From an uncultured virus (IMG/VR IMGVR_UViG_2713897279_000003) (taxonomy: Duplodnaviria; Heunggongvirae; Uroviricota; Caudoviricetes): DNA of 20,000 nucleotides. Every line of letters begins with the position of its first letter. Within the stretch, counting starts at the first letter, position 1. The notes beneath the pieces were generated by a model. That model saw only the letters and a program-made list of their open reading frames with translations, did no database searches and had not been told where the DNA came from. Position numbers and translations under genes: made by a program. The stretch is from IMG/VR virus record IMGVR_UViG_2713897279_000003. One strand, 5' to 3'. Shown here piece after piece: positions 17,851 through 20,000 of this stretch.

Positions 17851-18282
17851 TCAATATACTTTTTGAGCTCCAGCTGCATGGTTTGCCATACTTTTAACCA
17901 AATGATTTCTTGCATTTTGCATGTTTGATAGGTCTACTTGCATCATAGCCACTTGTGATTCAGATTGTTTGAATCCCCCCCCAAATTGACTTTTTTTACT
18001 ATCTATTGCTCCTATCGTTGCATCTAGTTTATTAAATATCTTTGGTACAGTCCTGATAGCCTTGACAGTATTAACTGTTATAGCAGCACCTGGAATAAGA
18101 GATAAAGCCGCTTTCGATAAGATAGTTTTGCCTAAAGCTACAGAGGCAGAGTCCCCAGCTTTCATACGAGAATATGTACCATAAGCAATACCACCTATTC
18201 TTCCTGCCTTTTTAAACTTTCTTACCACCACGTTATTTCGAAGTCCATGATTTGTATCAGAACCTCCTTGAACACTAGACAT
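17851..18282 (-). CDS. Basic Gly/Ala-rich hypothetical protein, possibly virion-internal (143 aa)
   Basis: Start moved to ATG 18282 (RBS GGAGGT). MSSVQGGSD...GRIGGIAYG...QFGGGFKQSESQVAMMQ...NHAAGAQKVY. Confidence 0.7.
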   Translation of the reverse strand: MSSVQGGSDTNHGLRNNVVVRKFKKAGRIGGIAYGTYSRMKAGDSASVALGKTILSKAALSLIPGAAITVNTVKAIRTVPKIFNKLDATIGAIDSKKSQFGGGFKQSESQVAMMQVDLSNMQNARNHLVKSMANHAAGAQKVY

Positions 18283-18486
18283 TTTTATCAACCTCCATAC
18301 CAATCTTTTATGTAAAACAACTACGCTGTTACGCACTATTTAAAAAATTAGAATTGTTCACTCCCCAAATAATAACGATGACTTTTTATACTTTATGGGA
18401 TAGCCTATACTGCCTACAAAACGTACTTTGTCTATCTACGAGGTAGTTCCACACTCCCTAATAATCCTTCTTTATTTAAATAGCAC

Positions 18487-18560
18487 AAAAAGGAGATACT
18501 CAGCTCAATCCTCCTGTCAATACCCAACGGTCCTGTGTGAGGTGGTGCAGTATCTCCACA
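18487..18560 (-). ncRNA. Candidate small structured RNA or extended terminator
   Basis: GC-rich island in an AT-rich spacer. GGAGATACT/AGTATCTCC form a 9 bp closing stem (18557-18549 with 18500-18492), with inner CCTC/GAGG and ACC/GGT pairings, followed by TTTTT on the minus strand. Confidence 0.35.
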
Positions 18561-18611
18561 TTCTAATTGTACTAATTTTCTTCATATATCTACATTCGCA
18601 TACAAGAGCAT

Positions 18612-18644
18612 AAAAAAAAACTGGACGCTATTCAGCATCCAGTT
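18612..18644 (-). terminator. Rho-independent terminator of the partition operon, overlapping the adaptor stop codon
   Basis: Minus strand AACTGGATGCT-GAAT-AGCGTCCAG followed by nine T. Confidence 0.85.
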
Positions 18645-18819
18645 CTAGTTGTTTTTTCACTTTTTCAATTAATTCCTGCTCTTCTTGCTCTATTTTAATC
18701 GCTTTCTCAAGCAATCTTCTAATCTCATATGGATGATCACTTGTTTTAATCTTATCGAAGTGTTCACGTATTAGGTGATCATCTTTTCTGATTCGTGCAA
18801 CTAATTTTTCTGCTGCCAT
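18628..18819 (-). CDS. Putative ParR-like centromere-binding adaptor (63 aa)
   Basis: TAATG stop/start overlap with the actin gene. Strand-helix-helix pattern (KLVARIRKDD...IREHFDKI...YEIRRLLEKAI) compatible with a ribbon-helix-helix fold, plus a charged tail. Confidence 0.6.
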   Translation of the reverse strand: MAAEKLVARIRKDDHLIREHFDKIKTSDHPYEIRRLLEKAIKIEQEEQELIEKVKKQLELDAE

Positions 18820-20000
18820 TATTCTGTCTCCGCAACCTCTTCTTCTCCAAACACAGGTTCTACAAATTCCATGAACACTTCGCTTTGTTCTTTTTCATCA
18901 GTTAAAGCTATGCAACCATACATATAATAACCTAATACGTTGCTAAATTGTGCGACATCAAGTACTTCAAATCCACGCTTCTTACGTTCAGTAAATTCTT
19001 GTTTAAGTGCCTCTGAGAATAATGCCGATCCCCCACCAGAAAGAAGAATAGTTTGTACACGGTTTGTCTCGTTACCCCATGCATCTAGAATATCCTTTGC
19101 AATAATTTTAGCAACTGTTTTTACACACTCTCCAACTTCTTCAGAAACATCATGCGCTTCAACATATTCTACTTTTCCCGTCAATACAGCATTGTCTAAG
19201 TCTTCCTCTTCCGCTTGATATTCAGTGTATCCTAGCTTATCAAACTTAATTGTTAAAACCTTGCGCAGTCGCTTGTACACATCATTCACTGCAACCGTTG
19301 AATTACTTGTAATAGAATCTTCCATAATTACACCATCACGGAATAATGCATAATCTGTTGTAAAATGCCCACAGTCAATAATACCAATAAAGTTTTTTGC
19401 ATTCTCACTTGGAACTAAAAATTCTTCTTGACTAAAAGTAAACTGATTGTATGTAACAGCACCTTCTGGTTGACGCATGATTTCTAAACCAATTACATTA
19501 ATTGTTTTTTTAATTTCATTTCCACCATTTACAGGGAATGTAATTGTGAATGGTTTATTTAAGAATTCTTCTAAATTATCTTTAATTGATAATTCAAAGT
19601 CTTTATTTGGTAACCCTGTTACTAGAAATACATCATATTCTCCTGACTCATGAGGAACAGCCATTCCTAGTCCTGTTTGAAATAATACTTTACTAAATAC
19701 ATCATTTGCTCTATCTCTAACTACTGTACGTTTTGTAGTTGTATTCGGAACTTTTAAAGCTAATTGACCAACAGTAAATGTGCCTTCTTCTGTTACCACT
19801 ACTAGATTTTCAAGATCAACCTCTTTTGAACCTACAATTTTATTGGACGTTTTATATTTTCCAGGTACTACCGCACTTGGAAGCGCTGTTAAGTATGGGT
19901 GTACATTTGATATGTATTTTGTTGCCCCAAACCCTACATCTAAACCAACTAAAACAGGTTGATTTTTCTTTGTCTTCCTACTTACTAATTGAGTTTTCAT
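18819..20000 (-). CDS. parM: ParM/StbA-family actin-like plasmid segregation ATPase (393 aa)
   Basis: Actin-fold motifs: phosphate 1 VGLDVGFGATK, LVTGLP, connect QPEGA, phosphate 2 IIDCGHFTTD, adenosine LLSGGGS, AQFSNVLGY. The start is at the window edge, so the RBS cannot be checked. Confidence 0.92.
   Translation of the reverse strand: MKTQLVSRKTKKNQPVLVGLDVGFGATKYISNVHPYLTALPSAVVPGKYKTSNKIVGSKEVDLENLVVVTEEGTFTVGQLALKVPNTTTKRTVVRDRANDVFSKVLFQTGLGMAVPHESGEYDVFLVTGLPNKDFELSIKDNLEEFLNKPFTITFPVNGGNEIKKTINVIGLEIMRQPEGAVTYNQFTFSQEEFLVPSENAKNFIGIIDCGHFTTDYALFRDGVIMEDSITSNSTVAVNDVYKRLRKVLTIKFDKLGYTEYQAEEEDLDNAVLTGKVEYVEAHDVSEEVGECVKTVAKIIAKDILDAWGNETNRVQTILLSGGGSALFSEALKQEFTERKKRGFEVLDVAQFSNVLGYYMYGCIALTDEKEQSEVFMEFVEPVFGEEEVAETE

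Noticed and set aside
18306..18334. Sporulation sigma-G-like promoter (GCGTA-17 nt-CATAAAA) upstream of the 143 aa gene
   Set aside because: Mismatches in both boxes in AT-rich DNA; not supportable without TSS data.
18428..18613. 61 aa plus-strand ORF as a type I toxin paired with the hairpin RNA
   Set aside because: TTG start without an RBS, and it runs through the hairpin; there is no other support.
18283..18627. parC centromere iterons or a CRISPR array near the partition genes
   Set aside because: No regular direct repeats are seen here, and no repeat-spacer array anywhere in the window. parC is probably upstream of parM, outside the window.
1553..19962. All plus-strand ORFs in the track (e.g. 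1553..1753, 3033..3269, 4661..4891, 7166..7453, 7503..7697, 8737..9090, 9041..9250, 9087..9389, 14593..14832, 18940..19218, 19780..19962) and the nested minus ORF 9352..9537
   Set aside because: They are antisense or off-frame shadows of long, well-supported minus-strand genes, with no protein-like motifs.

Overview
AT-rich, Bacillales-like window in which every credible gene lies on the minus strand. Reading in the direction of transcription (20000 to 1), it starts with a type II plasmid partition pair (ParM-like actin ATPase plus a small adaptor) and its terminator, followed by a candidate structured small RNA. Next come a cluster of small, basic Gly/Ala-rich genes mixed with decayed ORF remnants, a divergent DUF2829/Tad2-like (anti-defence sponge) gene, and a separately transcribed 424-434 aa helical protein. 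The rest is a ~13 kb tightly coupled myovirus-type structural operon: a 698 aa protein, two paralogous fibre/baseplate-like proteins built from repeated beta modules, Ig-like proteins, a putative head-tail adaptor, a Zn-motif head-closure protein, a minimal sheath paralog, a tail terminator, and a very large contractile tail sheath that runs off the left edge and is missing from the ORF track. The window is best read as part of a large plasmid-prophage or phage-derived megaplasmid. No terminase, portal, protease or capsid gene is visible, and ORF debris lies where they might be expected, so a capsid-less contractile machine is possible but cannot be established from this window. All family calls come from motif recognition by eye, not database searches.
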